NCBI GenBank assembly: GCA_021613535.1
Contig: CP075496.1
Coordinates: 14,198,001-14,262,000 of the forward strand
Origin: Adineta vaga
Taxonomy: Eukaryota; Animalia; Rotifera
Direction of reading: 5' to 3'
Length of the DNA: 64,000 bases
Within the stretch, counting starts at the first letter, position 1. Each line of letters begins with the position of its first letter. A program made the translations under genes and the position numbers. Below, one piece after another: positions 26,352-40,120 of this stretch. The notes under the pieces are model-generated. The model did not search any database. It was not told the origin of the DNA and worked only from the letters and a program-made list of their open reading frames with translations.

Positions 26352-27362
26352 ATGCACGCACATTTTGCTCAACCAATTCAGGTTTGTTGTCATGTCGTTG
26401 ATTTTTATTTCGATTTAATTTTCATTTCTTTTCAGGCGGCTGCAGCAGTAAGTTATTTTTATTTCAACAGGAAAAGTTGAATTTTTTGAAAAATCAATAG
26501 GCAGCTGTAGCAGCAGCAATGGTTGTTTCAAATACTTCATCAACTTCGTCAACATCTGAACCACATGTTTCAACACCAATTCATCATACAGCAACAAAAA
26601 ACGAATGGATGGAAGCAATTGAACAACAACATTTAGAACGATCAACATTAAATCGATTGATTATTAATTATCTTGTTACGGGTAGAAGATTTTCAAAAAA
26701 AAAGAAGAAAATTTTGTTTTATTTCCGATGTTGTAGAAGGATTTAAAGAAGCAGCAGAAAAATTTGCTGAAGAAGCAGGAATATCATTGAATAATGTTGA
26801 TTTAACATCACTTGATGAACGTTTAAGGATTCGTGAAGCAATTGAAAGTGGAAGAATTCAAGAAGCAATTCATTTAATCAATACCAAAGCACCTGAATTA
26901 CTTGATCAAAATCGACAATTAGCATTCCATTTAAAAGTAAATTTTCCATTAGAATTTCTTCTAATTATTTGTTCCCTTTTCCCTCCTATTTAGCAACAGC
27001 ATCTTATTGAATTAATACGTTCAAATTTAATTGATGATGCATTAAATTACGCACAAATTCATTTAGCTGAATTTGCTGAAGAAGAAATCAAAATGCGTCA
27101 AGAATTAGAAAAAACAATGGCATTACTTGTTTTCGATAAACCATTAGAATCTCCTTATGGTTATTTAATGCAAATATCACATCGACAACAAGTTGCCAAT
27201 GAAATCAATAGTGCATTATTAATCTATCAAAATGATGAATCCGAATCCGATTTATCGATGTTAGTTCGAATGGCGACGTATATGCAAGAAAAATTGGATC
27301 AAAAACAATTACGTTATCCAAAATTAATCGATATTGCCAGTGGAAAATTAGAAGATTCATAA
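26352..27362 (+). CDS. GID8: Glucose-induced degradation protein 8 (Twa1) of the CTLH E3 ligase; LisH-CTLH-CRA domains
   Basis: [11 protein letters not shown]|[15 protein letters not shown] (LisH), [24 protein letters not shown]|[20 protein letters not shown]; start extended through exon 26352-26381 and micro-exon 26436-26447. Confidence 0.92.
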
Positions 27363-27507
27363 GTTTCTTCTCTCTCTTTCTCTCTTTTTATATAGAAATG
27401 TAAATGTTCATTTGATAATTTGTTTCAAAGAAACATCAAAAATATTCTCTTTAAATAAATTTCGAAAGATTGAATCTCAAAAACAAAATTCCTTTCTTTT
27501 TTTTTAG

Positions 27508-29724
27508 ATGACATTTAATTGGACAACAAAAGAAAAAATCGTTTTAATTTCGGATATTTTGGAATTTGGTGATCAACAAGAAAGTTGGACAACCATTTCC
27601 AATGATCTTCTACGAACATTTTCCACTAATCTAGTTTCATCTCAAATAAAAAAAGACGGACGTTATGCAATTAAAGTTTGTTTTTCATGAAATACATTTT
27701 CCTTTTCACAATTTTCTTGTAGAATTGTAGACTAATCTATAAACAATTAATTGATCATTATAAACCTGAATGGATGGAACATAGTTCGACAAATGGATTA
27801 AAATTACCATTAGCAAAATATATTTGGATACAATTAAAATCGATTTATCAAGCAGAATTAACCTATCAATTAAATGAAAGTAGAAAAAAACTAACAGAAT
27901 TTTGTCTTCAATTAGAAAATGCAGTGAAGAAAAAGTCAAATACAAATGAATCAACGAATACGTATGTTTAATCTTTTGAGTTAAAGTTTTTGAAAGAATA
28001 TTCTTTTTTTTTAGATCTTTACCAATGGATGTAACAATATCGGAGAATACTAATCAAGAAAATGAACAACAGGAAGAAAAACCTTCGACTATAGAACTTG
28101 TTCCTTTGGTAAGGATTGATTGACAATCTTTTTTTCTTAAGATGTCTGTTGTTTGTTTTAGTTATCTCAGTTAGACGTACCGGTTGCATCGAATGAACCT
28201 GTTCAAACGAGTTTATCCAGTGAAATCAATTCAAGTAAATGAATAAACGAAATCTTTGTTATAATAAATTTCTTGATTTAGTAGCTTCATCAATATCGGA
28301 GACTTCTAAAGAACCAAATTCGATATCAAATCATTTAACTTCAGATCAAACATTCATCAAAGATGAACCAGAGATTCAAGAACAAATTCATATTGAGATT
28401 TCTTCAAATCTCATTGAAAATGAGACAAATCCTCAACCAGCCTCTTTAACAATCTCACCTAATTTAAAACAAAGTACTCTTTCTCCAAAAGAACAAGAAA
28501 TATCTCATCGATCATCATTTGATTCTTCATCTTCTTCAACATTAATCAATCCATCTGATCATTCAACATTCGTACCTCAATCAACAACAACAACAATACC
28601 ACTTCCTGAATCAGCTTCATCATCGCGGTCAACATCACGAACAAGTTCAGAAACAAAAATCGATTCTGTAAAAGTAAAATTCAATTCTTTTCTGACCTTT
28701 TTATTCACTTCTTTTCCAAAAGGTTATTCCAACTACAACATCAAAATATCATGTTTATTTCTCTCCAATAAATTCAATCAATAACACTAATAATCCAACT
28801 CCAATAAATAAACCAAAACCAAAACGTAAAATCAACGATGAACCTGAAATTGAATCAAATAATCAATTAGAACTTTCATCTTCATCGACTGAGCAAACGA
28901 AATCAACTTCAATAACTGCTCCGATGACTCGTCGTTCAATTAATACACGTTCAGTACCAAATACAGCTGCTGAACAAGAAGAAGAAAAGGCTCGACGGTT
29001 AGAACAAAAATTTATAAGAAAGAAAAACTGAAATTTTATTGATTTTGTTTTTAGATTCTCTTTAATGATTTCAGAAAATCCCAATAGTTGGCAATCACAA
29101 GCGTTAGCTATTATTCAATTTATTGTTGCACATAAGTAAATTTTTTTTGGAATATTTTTAAAAATTTAGAAAGAAAAATCTTATCTATCCGATTGAGTTT
29201 CTTCGAAGAATGTTAGACTTCTTATATATGAATAGAGCATGAATTGAAATATAAATGTAAGTTTTATTTAATTTTAGACAAGGTTATCTATTCGAACATG
29301 AAATAACCGATGAAATTGCACCGAAATATCATCAATTTATTCGACGTCCAATTGCAGTTGATACAATTCGTAGAAATCTTGAATCAAATGAATATCAAAC
29401 TAAAGAATATTTCAAACGAGATATATTCTTAATGTTATACAATGCAATGAAATATAATCCACGTCATCATCATGTTCATCGATCAGCTAGACTTCTCTTT
29501 AATCTTATTTTACCATTTTTTCAAGTAAATCTTTATTTTCAATAAAAATAAGTGTTTCTATTCTTACTTTGTAGTTACCTTCTCAAGATATTCAAGCACA
29601 AATAATAACAAAACATAATGTATCGATGTCAACTGATCCATCACTTGCTAAACGAAAACGATTAAATGTAAGATTGAATGAAAAAAGTGATTTTTCATAA
29701 GACAATTTTGTTTATTTTTAGTGA
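27508..29724 (+). CDS. BRD8: Bromodomain-containing protein 8-like (NuA4/TIP60 subunit)
   Basis: N-terminal WTTKEKIVL..GDQQESWTTIS like BRD8; C-terminal bromodomain LFEHEITDEIAPKYHQFIRRP..FKRDIFLMLYNAMKYN. Confidence 0.8.
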
Positions 29725-30336
29725 TCAATGGGTTGTTTTTCCTTTGGAAAATTTATTTGTTTGAATAACAAATAATCTTAGTCGTGTGCAATGGAATTTA
29801 TTTTCTATTTCGAATGATATATTCAATAAACACTGTCGAAAACGTTTGTTTTCATGAAAATGTCTCATTTCATATCATGTTGTTTAAATAAACGAGATTG
29901 ATCAAACGATATTCACTTAAATATAGAAAGAATAACAAAGTTTATGATATATTTGTTGTAAACATGAAATATTTGTCAAGAAGACAGATCTTGAACTAAT
30001 ATTAAAGTTCATTAAGTTTTATAGTTTGGAATAATTATTATGAACGAGAAGAAAAACAAAGACTATGACTCGACAGAAAAAGAGGAATGGAGATATCGTT
30101 CTTCGTTTCTCTCGTGGATTATTTTGCAGTTCTAATCTCTATTTTTTTGATAACAATATATAAAATATTGTGTCAGGAGAAGATTTTGGCTTTCATTGTT
30201 GACTTTTAATGAATCATTTTTGACGAGATAAGCATCGTTTTTGTGCTATATAATATCACCATTCCTTTCTTTTCTATTCACCATCAGTTAAAAGTACAAC
30301 TTGATATTTTACTTAATTTAACAACAGAAAATCATC

Positions 30337-30681
30337 ATGGAAGAATATAATAAGCAACAAAATTATGGTCCACCACCTTACGGAGGAGATTCTGGTTATT
30401 GTCCACCACCTCCTGCTATGAATCCTGGTTATTGTCCTCCACCTCCACCGACCACTGTCATTTATCAAACAGGAAATTGTCCAGCATGTCGTGTAAGTTG
30501 ATTTCTTTAGATAATAATCTTGATTTGTTTTTAATGGATTCATTTTTAGCAAGGTATTTTATCTTCTAATGTCACATGTTTAGGTGTTTGTTGTGCTATT
30601 TTTCTTTTTCCTATTGGTCTTGTTTGTTTATTCTTATTACAAGAACAAAGATGTTCACATTGTGGATATTGTTCATCATAA
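30337..30681 (+). CDS. BRI3: Brain protein I3 (BRI3)-like, LITAF-related membrane protein
   Basis: Pro-rich N-terminus with PPPY; GNCPACR | intron 30493-30549 | QGIL..TCLGVCCAIFLFPIGLVCLF..RCSHCG. Confidence 0.85.
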
Positions 30682-31399
30682 ACAAATGAGTATTTTTGCG
30701 ATTTTTCAAAATATATTTGTTGTAACAATGATGCGAAAATTCTTTCAAATAAACTTCTATTCAATTTCATTGAAACAATGTCTTTCTGATCAAATATTGA
30801 ACATTTAGAATTCGAAAAGAATCAAAATAAATCTATCCAGGTTTATCAATAGAATAGATAACAAGAATTATTTACAAAGGAAGTTTGACATTTTTATCAA
30901 CATAAAAATAATATTGACCTTAAAATTCTATGCCATACTTTTCATAGAATTAGCACTTTTATATTGTAGACACGTTCATTAGTTTTGAGAATTACGCAAA
31001 TCAGATTAATGAGATAGTTTTGAAAATAAAATTTTCCTAATGAAATATTAAATAATTAACTCAAATACCACATATTGTTTTTTTTAGAGATAAAAACTCA
31101 TTTATCATGTTTTACTGATAATTATTAAAATATAAGTGTATATTCATATAAGAACTTTAGACAAAAATACTTTCGAATTTATATATACATATACAATATG
31201 TGAACAATATAATTAAATTAATTATCATTCGTATGATTGACTGCGAAATTGTAATCATTTTTTAAAATAATTTTACTTTGTCGTAGAATTGTATCGATTT
31301 TAAGATTGAATATTTACGAAGGAGAAGTAACATGTGTATGTAAAGAAACAAATATTTACTTTGACAAACATGTTCTGACGTTAGACGATGACGACAGAT

Positions 31400-31710
31400 G
31401 CATTCATATCTTTTATAACATATGAAAACCTGATTTTAATGCCTACAATTACTTTCAATCTTCAACATATTAGGCCAATATTATGATATTACAGATGATT
31501 ATTCACTTAATCGATTTATATATAAAGCAAGTAAGGTATGGTATCGACATATCAATTTCAATATTCTAGTCTGTGACATTACCATTCGATTGTTCACCAT
31601 ATAAAAATGACCGAGAAATTCTTTTCAATCTTGGTTTTTCGGTTCCATTAAAACCTTATTCAATTGAATATGATGCAACAAAAATATTATGGAAATAATA
31701 ACTATGCTTT
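31400..31710 (+). pseudogene. Decayed fragment resembling the bdelloid ADP-ribosyltransferase (ART/TPR) family
   Basis: Broken-frame pieces IL*YTDDYSLNRFIYKA and SPYKNDREILFNLG..SIEYDATKILWKI resemble the WYTxxSFxYRxLNxA and SxxxxExEVLF motifs. Confidence 0.35.
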
Positions 31711-32555
31711 CTTATCTATAGAACAAAAAAAAGTTCTTCCTCATGTCCGATAATTATTTATGCGCATCAATTGCAGTCAAGCATACATATGACTTTTTAT
31801 TAGATAAAAAAGATGTCACAAGTTAAATTATGAAAGATAAATACCGGTGGTTTTAATGTTTTCATATTAAATTTGATAAAATGCTTTATAATGTAAGTGT
31901 TATTAATGAAAATCTAAGCGTTTGATTTGAAACACTTTGACTATATTAACGCGATAAGCTATGACATACCAGATCCATAAATAAAATAACACATACATCG
32001 AATCTTTACAAAATTAAAATTTGTGCATAGGGATATTATTTCCATATCTGGAAAGTTCAAACAAATTCTATCAATACTTTCCTTTGACAAGAAACCAGTT
32101 TAGTAAAATGGATTTGAAACATGTGAACTGTTCTATTTCGGCTTAACTTGCACAAGATACTATCTACTGAAACGTATCTGGCATATTCATGTGATCTATA
32201 ATAAATCCATTTATACTTTTGGGTCAAGTGCAGTGTGCTCATAACATCTCTTTTCACGCTCAGGTCGAGTGTTTGTGCAATGTGCTAGGGTGGTTACAGT
32301 ACACTAATGACAATATTAGTTCACTTTCAGTCTGTTCATAGTCAGATCATGCACATTGTTCTATTTATCAATGAAAAAGATTTAAGACAAGAAGAAAAAT
32401 AATACCAGACACTCATCATTGCATAACATGACTATACAAATATTATTCTCATAGATGGACGTAAACAAAAAATATGTTGCGTACATATATATATATATAT
32501 ATATATATGTTGAGAAAGCATAAGAAATCATTAAGGTGAAATATAATCATTATAT

Positions 32556-34246
32556 ATGAACATGATAGAGAACAAGGATATTAATATACTTCATTTACCA
32601 GATGAAATATTGCTATTTATTTTCAATAAATTAAGTATGATCAATAGGCTGTATTCACTGACAGATGTAAATCAACGGTTTAATCGATTAGCACTTGATT
32701 CTTTTTTCATACATCATCTAGACTTTTCGATTGATTCATTAGAAATCCAAAAATCTTTAGAATATGTTCACATGCTTGATAGAATTTGCTCCAAAATTTC
32801 ACCTGAAATTAAAGAGAGAGTAACTGAACTTACTCTAGAGCCACTTTCTATAAAGCGTGTTCTTGATGTTATCGATTATCCTCAACTTCATTCGTTATTA
32901 TTTGTCAATTTTCCATCCAAAATACTCTCACAACATTTAGCAGGTATTGTTTTAATAATTTGATTGGATGAATTAGTGATGTCTTTGTTTTTTCATTCTA
33001 GATGAGACAATATTATCCATCATCAATCGAATAACAAATATTACTGTGGGTATCGATACTCAAGAAACCGAAACATATAATGAAGATGAAGCAAACATCT
33101 TTGAATTGATATTATTACATAGTAAATGTTTAAATGATTTGACATTTCGTAAATCTTCAAGAGAATATCAAATAAGTCCATCTGTGAATATTCCGAATAG
33201 AAAATATCTATCTTCGTCTCTTTCAAAATTGAACATAGAAGTTAATACTTTTGATGATTGTCTTTATCTTCTTAATGGATGTCTTCCATCTTTATCAACG
33301 TTGATCATTTATATCTGTAAAATTTACTATTCACGACTCCGAATAGATAACACAGTAAGTGTAAATATAATTGCCAATGATTAATTGATTATCTAATTCT
33401 TTTTAGACAAAACTTTGTAAATTGAAATGTTTTTCATTATCAACAGAACGGTATACAACTTCCTTTGATAGACATATTGTTCCATTACTTCAACGAATGT
33501 TATACCTTGAAGAACTAACATTATTTCTTCCAGTGATAAGACATAAATCACGTTATATTGATGGTAATCAATTGTATGATGAAGTTCTTAGCTATATGCC
33601 ACGGCTAAATCAATTTATCTTCAGTATACATACTCATATGACGACTAAGTTTACTACAACAATAACAGAGCTTCAATCAAATTCAGACATGCGGAAAAGT
33701 TTTATTAAACATGGATTTCAATCATTTGATACATGTTCCGACGATGAAATTATAGGACATACAGCCAATTGTTATGTTTATTCCCTTCCATATCGATTCA
33801 AGTACTTCTTATATCTCGGTGCCTGTTTTCAAGGCGGAAAATTCGATAATGTACGATTTTTATACATGACGGATAAAGTTTCATTTGGACATCGATTATT
33901 TAAAATAATTTCTGAAGATTTTCCTTTTCTTAAAAAGTTAATAATATTTAATTATTCAGAACAAGAAGATAAGCCACTTCATTCATCTACATTAATTATA
34001 TTTAATCATTTAATTGAACTCAATTTATCGTGTGCACATTCTGACTATATCATGCAATTTCTTGCTGATAAAATAACACGCCTACCAAGTTTAACAAGAC
34101 TGGAAGTCAGCTATGAAAAATTATTAACTTTAACAAATTATTTTACAGATGATGTAGCGCGTCTCAATTGCCAAAAAGTCAAGTCAATAAATATAAACAG
34201 ATTCGTTTATACACAAAAATTTTATTCATATTTTCCTTCATTGTAA
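32556..34246 (+). CDS. Rotifer-expanded F-box-like protein with degenerate LRR body (3 exons)
   Basis: NILHLPDEILLFIFNKL F-box start; exons 32556-32943, 33002-33354 and 33407-34246 join in frame. Confidence 0.8.
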
Positions 34247-34389
34247 ATATTAGATTTAAAGAAAGTAATAGAACTTCATCAAATCATATCGTAAAAATCA
34301 AATGAATCTTTAGCTGATATAATATACGATAATGATGATGTTTGAAAATAAAATTGAAGTAGTTTATTATATAGATTAATCAAAATATA

Positions 34390-35007
34390 TTCCAATTTAT
34401 CTATTTTGTCTTAAATATTTACGATCATTACATATATTAAATTCAAGTTTTTATCATTCGAAACTGGATGACAAATCAGCGTATACAATTCCATTAGAAA
34501 TTGGGGAATTGGCATCGACATTCAGATTTCTATCAGAGTCTGACTTTGCTTGAAATATTAAAGATCAGCAATAATGAACTTAATTCATTACCAACTACTC
34601 TTCGACAATGTATCAAACTCAATGATATTGATGTGTCTTATAATGCAATTCAATCACTTTCAGCACTCGAAGGATTACCATCACTGAAATTCTTATTTAC
34701 AACAAACTGCCAGATAAAGAAAATTCCACGTAACTTGCCAACAATTAAATATTTTCTTTCATCCAAGAATAATATCGACAGTTTAGATGGTGTGAACACA
34801 TTAAATACTCAATCAACCAAAGAAAAAACATTTAATTTCCACAGAAATAAGATTACAAAAGAAATTAAACAGATCAAAACTTTAGAAAATTTTCATTTAT
34901 CATACAATCAATTAAAAGATGTACCAGAAGAGATCTACAGTATACAATGTTTAGACTTTCTTGCAATTTATGCTAACCTCTTCACTACGGAACAACTTAA
35001 CAACTAA
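34390..35007 (+). pseudogene. Leucine-rich-repeat protein fragment, frameshifted
   Basis: LxxLxLxxNxLxxLP repeats (LEILKISNNELNSLP, LENFHLSYNQLKDVP); upstream IYCLKYLRSLHI..IPLEIGEL lies in another frame; no start exon. Confidence 0.6.
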
Positions 35008-35455
35008 ATCATCCACATCTTCAAATATCATCCGATAGATATATTCTAATTGAAATCTTAATTAAAGAAAAATGTTTTCCAACAATCTATTTTCACTAAA
35101 TCTTATGATTTCTTACGTTCATCCAATATTTTCATTTATTATTTTCATCATCACGTCCTCAAGTATTCTACATCTCGTAAAACAGAAGTATTCAACAAAA
35201 AGAAAAAAGGAAAAAACCAAAACATATAAAAACTCTTTTTCGATATGAAGAAAGATCCCAGAAAAAAAAACTCTTCATATATCTATAATCAACTAAATCC
35301 TAACGAAATGAAATCCAAAAAAGAAAAAAGAAACCACAATGTAATACAATTTTCAATGTACTATCGTCATTTCAATAAGTAAACACACACACATATACAC
35401 ACGCAATATAAGATAATATAAAATGAATTATTTACACATGAAGAATTTCATTTTC

Positions 35456-36815
35456 TTAAAGATAACATCGATGATAATTATTTGATGTTGTTGTTGTTGA
35501 TCGAGTTGGTGTTCCGGAGAGGGAGGAATAGCCTGATAATTGTTGTCGACGAGCTGTTGGTGGGGTGGAAAAACCAACTAAATTTTGTCGACGTGCTGTT
35601 GGTGGAGTTGAAAAACCCATTGGTTGATGATGAGAATTGGATACACGGGAAATTCGATCATTCGAATTATTCGTCGTTTTCCTAAATAAAAAATGATTTT
35701 GTTTAAAAACACCTATTTTCTTTGAAGTAGATTATTGTTTTTACCAATTTGAAACAATTGATGATGATGATTCTTTTGTTGATCCAGGTGTTTTTTGTTT
35801 TGGTTTAGCAAAATTGACCTAGAAAGAAAGAAAGAACGATTGATTCTAGTTATAAATCTTCTATACTAACCACTAATCGTCGTCCATCGACAATTTCTCT
35901 ATCCATTCGTTTTTTTGCTTCGAGTGCATCTTTTTTAGCAAGAAATGTAACAAAACCGAAACCCTACGAAGAAAAATAACGATCTTTCATATTTAAATGA
36001 AAAGAAACTTTACTTTCGAACCACGTTCATTATAGACAACTTCAACATCAAATGTTGTTCCATATTTCTAAATAAGAATATAAATTGAAAGAAGAAAAAA
36101 ACAAAAGATTTCTTTACTCCAAAAACTTCTGCTAATTTTTCTTTTGACCATGTAAATGGAATATTTGAAACATGTAAACGTAATGTATCATCATCTTCAT
36201 CAAAAATTGTTAAGGATGACGATGGAGTACTCTAAAAGAGAAAATATATTCTTAAAAATGATAATAATCAAAGGAAAACATACAGTTCGAGCAAGTGTGG
36301 GTCGTTGAATTGGTGTTAATGGTCGTCTTTCATCTTTAGATATATGAGATCGAATTCGGTTTGGAAGTTTTTCCGACCAATTTTCAGTTGGATTCGAACA
36401 ATGACAACATTTCTAGAGAACGAAAAAAACGTTTTATAAATCTTTAGAAGACAAATAAAATCATCTTACACATGGTTGATGTTGTTGTGATGATGTTGAA
36501 GATGATGATGATGACCATAATGGTGTATCAAGATCAATATTAGCAAATGAAGATGTTAGTGACCAACCAACAGGTGGTAATGGTAATGATGGTAGGACAG
36601 GTGAATCGGAATCTGTTGAACGAGTTAGTGTTGGAGAAAATAATCTTTGCACTGGCGATCGAGAGCACGTGGATTGAGACGATGACCACAAATCACCTTC
36701 CTAAAAGAATTTTATTCAATTAAATAAGTGAATAGAAAAATTGATTTCTTACAGCAAAGCTCGAACAGTAGCGCGAAATATCAATTAGAGTCGTTGTTGA
36801 AGGATTTTCTTCCAT
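35456..36815 (-). CDS. RBFOX-like single-RRM RNA-binding protein (divergent), multi-exon
   Basis: Spliced RRM RLHVSNIPFTW..DVEVVYNERGSK|GFGFVTF..VDGRRLV|VNFAK matches the Fox-1 family RRM. Confidence 0.8.
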
Positions 36816-37711
36816 GAAGATTCGTTTTGCCCAAAGGAAATTTGATGAGAAACGGGCTTTTTCTTTCGTCGTTTTGTCCTTACTACAAGTTCGACGAGCA
36901 GATGGAAAATGATTAAACATATTTTCTGTCTAGTCGGACGACGAAGAAAGTGACCAAAGAGAACGAAAAAAAAACAATAACCAGGCATCAATTCTTTTCT
37001 TTCACACATATTATATATGCGATCGTCCGAAAAGCCAAGAAGACATGTGTTCTTCTACAAAAAACGAACATTATATAACCATATGAAATAGTTTTTCAAT
37101 CTATTTTCTAATAATTATTTATTAGAAACGTTATTTGACTAAAAATGTTCATATATCATGATTATCTTTTGTCACTTCTATTTCATTTGAATGATCAATC
37201 AAATCAGATTAAAACAAAAGGAATTCTTTTTAGAGAAAGATTTGTTTTTTTTTTATTCAAACAACATGAGTAAATCTATGTATCAACTTCGTATTTAATA
37301 CCGACAGTAAATATAAGAAAAAAAAGATGAAAATAATTCCATACTAATCATAGTTATAGAACTTTTAAGAGAAATCTGATTGGTAAATAATATATGATTT
37401 TCATAATAAAATTATTAATTGAATTTTTTATTATGTCGAAAGATTTCTTCTTCAGATAGTCAATGACATTATCATCATCATCTACTAACTCGAATTACGA
37501 ACTATATTGATTAAAAACGATAAAATGGTTTTTGTAGTAAAAATAATTATATAAATTGATAACGTTTTGTAATTTGCAATTTAGAAAAAATTCTTTAGAA
37601 AGAAACAGTTTGGGTAGTCATATTGTTTTTTCTTTTTAAGTAAAATGTTTTAACCAGATGGAAAACAGTCAATATTACTTTCATCTTTTTACTTTGAGAA
37701 AGTGACACACA

Positions 37712-38845
37712 ATGATTTTGTTATTGTACTTTTTCTTGATATTTTTCAATGTTTCTGTAAACTCTCTTCAAATTTCATTTATTCGAAATACAATTTTAAC
37801 TCCTCAATCACAATGAAATAGTGCGATAATTACTAATCAAACATGTGAACAATGTCTTTGTTTAGCAATGTCAAATTATCTTGCTTTCAATTGTTTTTCA
37901 AATAAAACTTGTCAAATGTTTGATACATTTCCTATTCGATATAAATATCAATCAACATCAAATGCTCGTCTTTATTTTCCTCAAAGAATATTTCCAAATA
38001 AAAGTCTATGTTGTATGCCTGATCTTTCATATCTATTAAACAAACTTCGAAATGGAACACAGTCTTATGTTAATGTACCAACTATGCGTAATATTATTAC
38101 TGATAATCATGGTTATATTGTTACAGTTATTTCTCAATCACCAGCACTTCTTCGTTACGATCCTCAAAATTTAACATTAATTAGTCGAACTTCAATAAGT
38201 CGATCGGATCTCATGGCATTGACATTCTTTAATAATACTTATTTCATTGGATTTATGAAGAATTCTATTTTAGTTATTGATAGCAACAATTTAACTATTC
38301 TTAATACTATAAATTCATCTTCTATTCAAGGTCTACGTGGTATTACTTTTGTTGAAGATGGATAAACAATGGCAGTTGCCGATTATGACAGTAATCAACT
38401 ATTATTTTTCTCTCAAACTATAAACACCTCTTCAAATTATATATATGTTTATGAACATTCACAAACATTTTCTGGAGCACATGGATTAATCACTTATAAT
38501 AGTAGTCGATTTTGTGCATCATCATGGACAACTAGTTTAGTTTATTGTTATGATGCTCTCGAAAATAGCACAACATGGGCTGAAACATTCGTGTTTAATT
38601 CATCTACAATTCGAAGTGGTATTTATGGACCATTCGTAACAATTGATGAATGTGATCGATATTGGTTTCCATCTTATACATCGTTTGCATTTATTTTTGA
38701 TAGTTCAGGAAGTTTCCTTGGAAATTTTAGTTTGCCTACTGCAGTACTTTTTGACATATTGATTACGGATAATTATATTATGTATTTCGTTGATTATAGT
38801 AGTTACAGTCGAATCATTCGTATTGATCGTCATATTGACTGTTAA
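37712..38845 (+). pseudogene. Secreted Cys-rich (PAN/Apple-like) + beta-propeller-like protein with two in-frame stops
   Basis: Single frame from ATG 37712 (signal peptide) with TGA 37814-37816 and TAA 38363-38365; TCEQCLC..NCFSNKTCQ motif; beta-strand repeats. Confidence 0.7.
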
Positions 38846-39299
38846 TATATAAAAATACTCAAATGCTTTTATTCTTGTATTACAATACATTTGTCGAAAA
38901 ATATCTGAATGCGGTCGCGCTCTCCGATTGTCAATCAGAAGCGTCATGAAAATGTAAAAATGTTCTCGTCACTCAAGATATTGAGGAAACTGGATGAAGG
39001 TTTCAGGTTTATCAGATCGTATGTGCACATATAAACTTTGAAAATAAGTGTCATATGAGTATTTGTATTCAAAAAATGTCGTTGACAAAGATTTTCTAGA
39101 AATGTTTGCAAAAAACTTGAAACGTGACCACTTAGTTTTATAGATGTGTAATCATCCAAAACGAAAAGTTCTGTCGAAGCATGAAAACGCATTTTTCCAA
39201 ATTCTTCCAGTTCATAAATGTTTGAATATCTTTCTAAATAACATTTTTATAAAAGCATATTCGTATCTGAACTACATTATCTTAGTTTCTTTTGAGAAT

Positions 39300-39970
39300 A
39301 ATCAGATCAACTTGATGAAATTCGTACTCATTTAACTCGTTATATAATGATATCTGTTTATATATTTGGTATATTCACGAATATTACAAATATAATTCTT
39401 TTTACTCAACGTATCTTTCGTTCAAACAATGTATGTTCATGGTACTTTGATTGGATTATCTATGGCTAATTTTATTTAATGATTGATACAAGTAGTTTCG
39501 CTCAAAATTTACCTGCTTTATTTGATATTAATTTAAAAATCACATCAGTCCTATTTTGTAAATGTCGACTTTATTTTGTTTATTTTACATTATTAAATAA
39601 TATTTATGCTGTTTTCTTTGGTATTTATAATGTTTTAAGTGCAACAATACCGATTCTTCTTATGATTATACGTAGTATATTTATTATCAGAAACTTTCGA
39701 CAAAGTCAACATCGGAGATTCGATCAGGACCAACAATACCAAATGTTTCTCAAGCGAGGAACAGAAGAGTTAATCCAATGATAAATATACAATTAGTTCG
39801 CTTAGTTTGACTTGAAATTCTTACATTTACATTACTGAATATTAGTTTTGTTGGTTATGTTATTTATGATGTTATGACAAGCGGGGAAAGAAAAAATTTT
39901 GATCAGTAAGCAATTGATACCTTTGTCTATAATATTATAGTTGATCTTATTTATGTATTTAATTCAGTAA
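39300..39970 (+). pseudogene. Class A GPCR remnant
   Basis: IFGIFTNITNIILFTQRIFRSNNVCSWYF, FCKCRLYF, IPILLMII segments with frameshifts, stops and internal deletion. Confidence 0.65.
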
Positions 39971-40120
39971 GATATTATATAATCCGTAGTGTGAAGTCAT
40001 AAATTTCAAATGATGACATGTTTGGATAAAAATGATTTTTCTCATAGAAACTTGAATTGATCGAGCATGATTAGTTTATTTCATAATAACTATTAGCGAG
40101 AATATAATATAAATAATTTC

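Noticed and set aside
37814-37816. Selenocysteine/readthrough TGA
   Set aside because: A second in-frame TAA also interrupts the ORF and no SECIS was recognised
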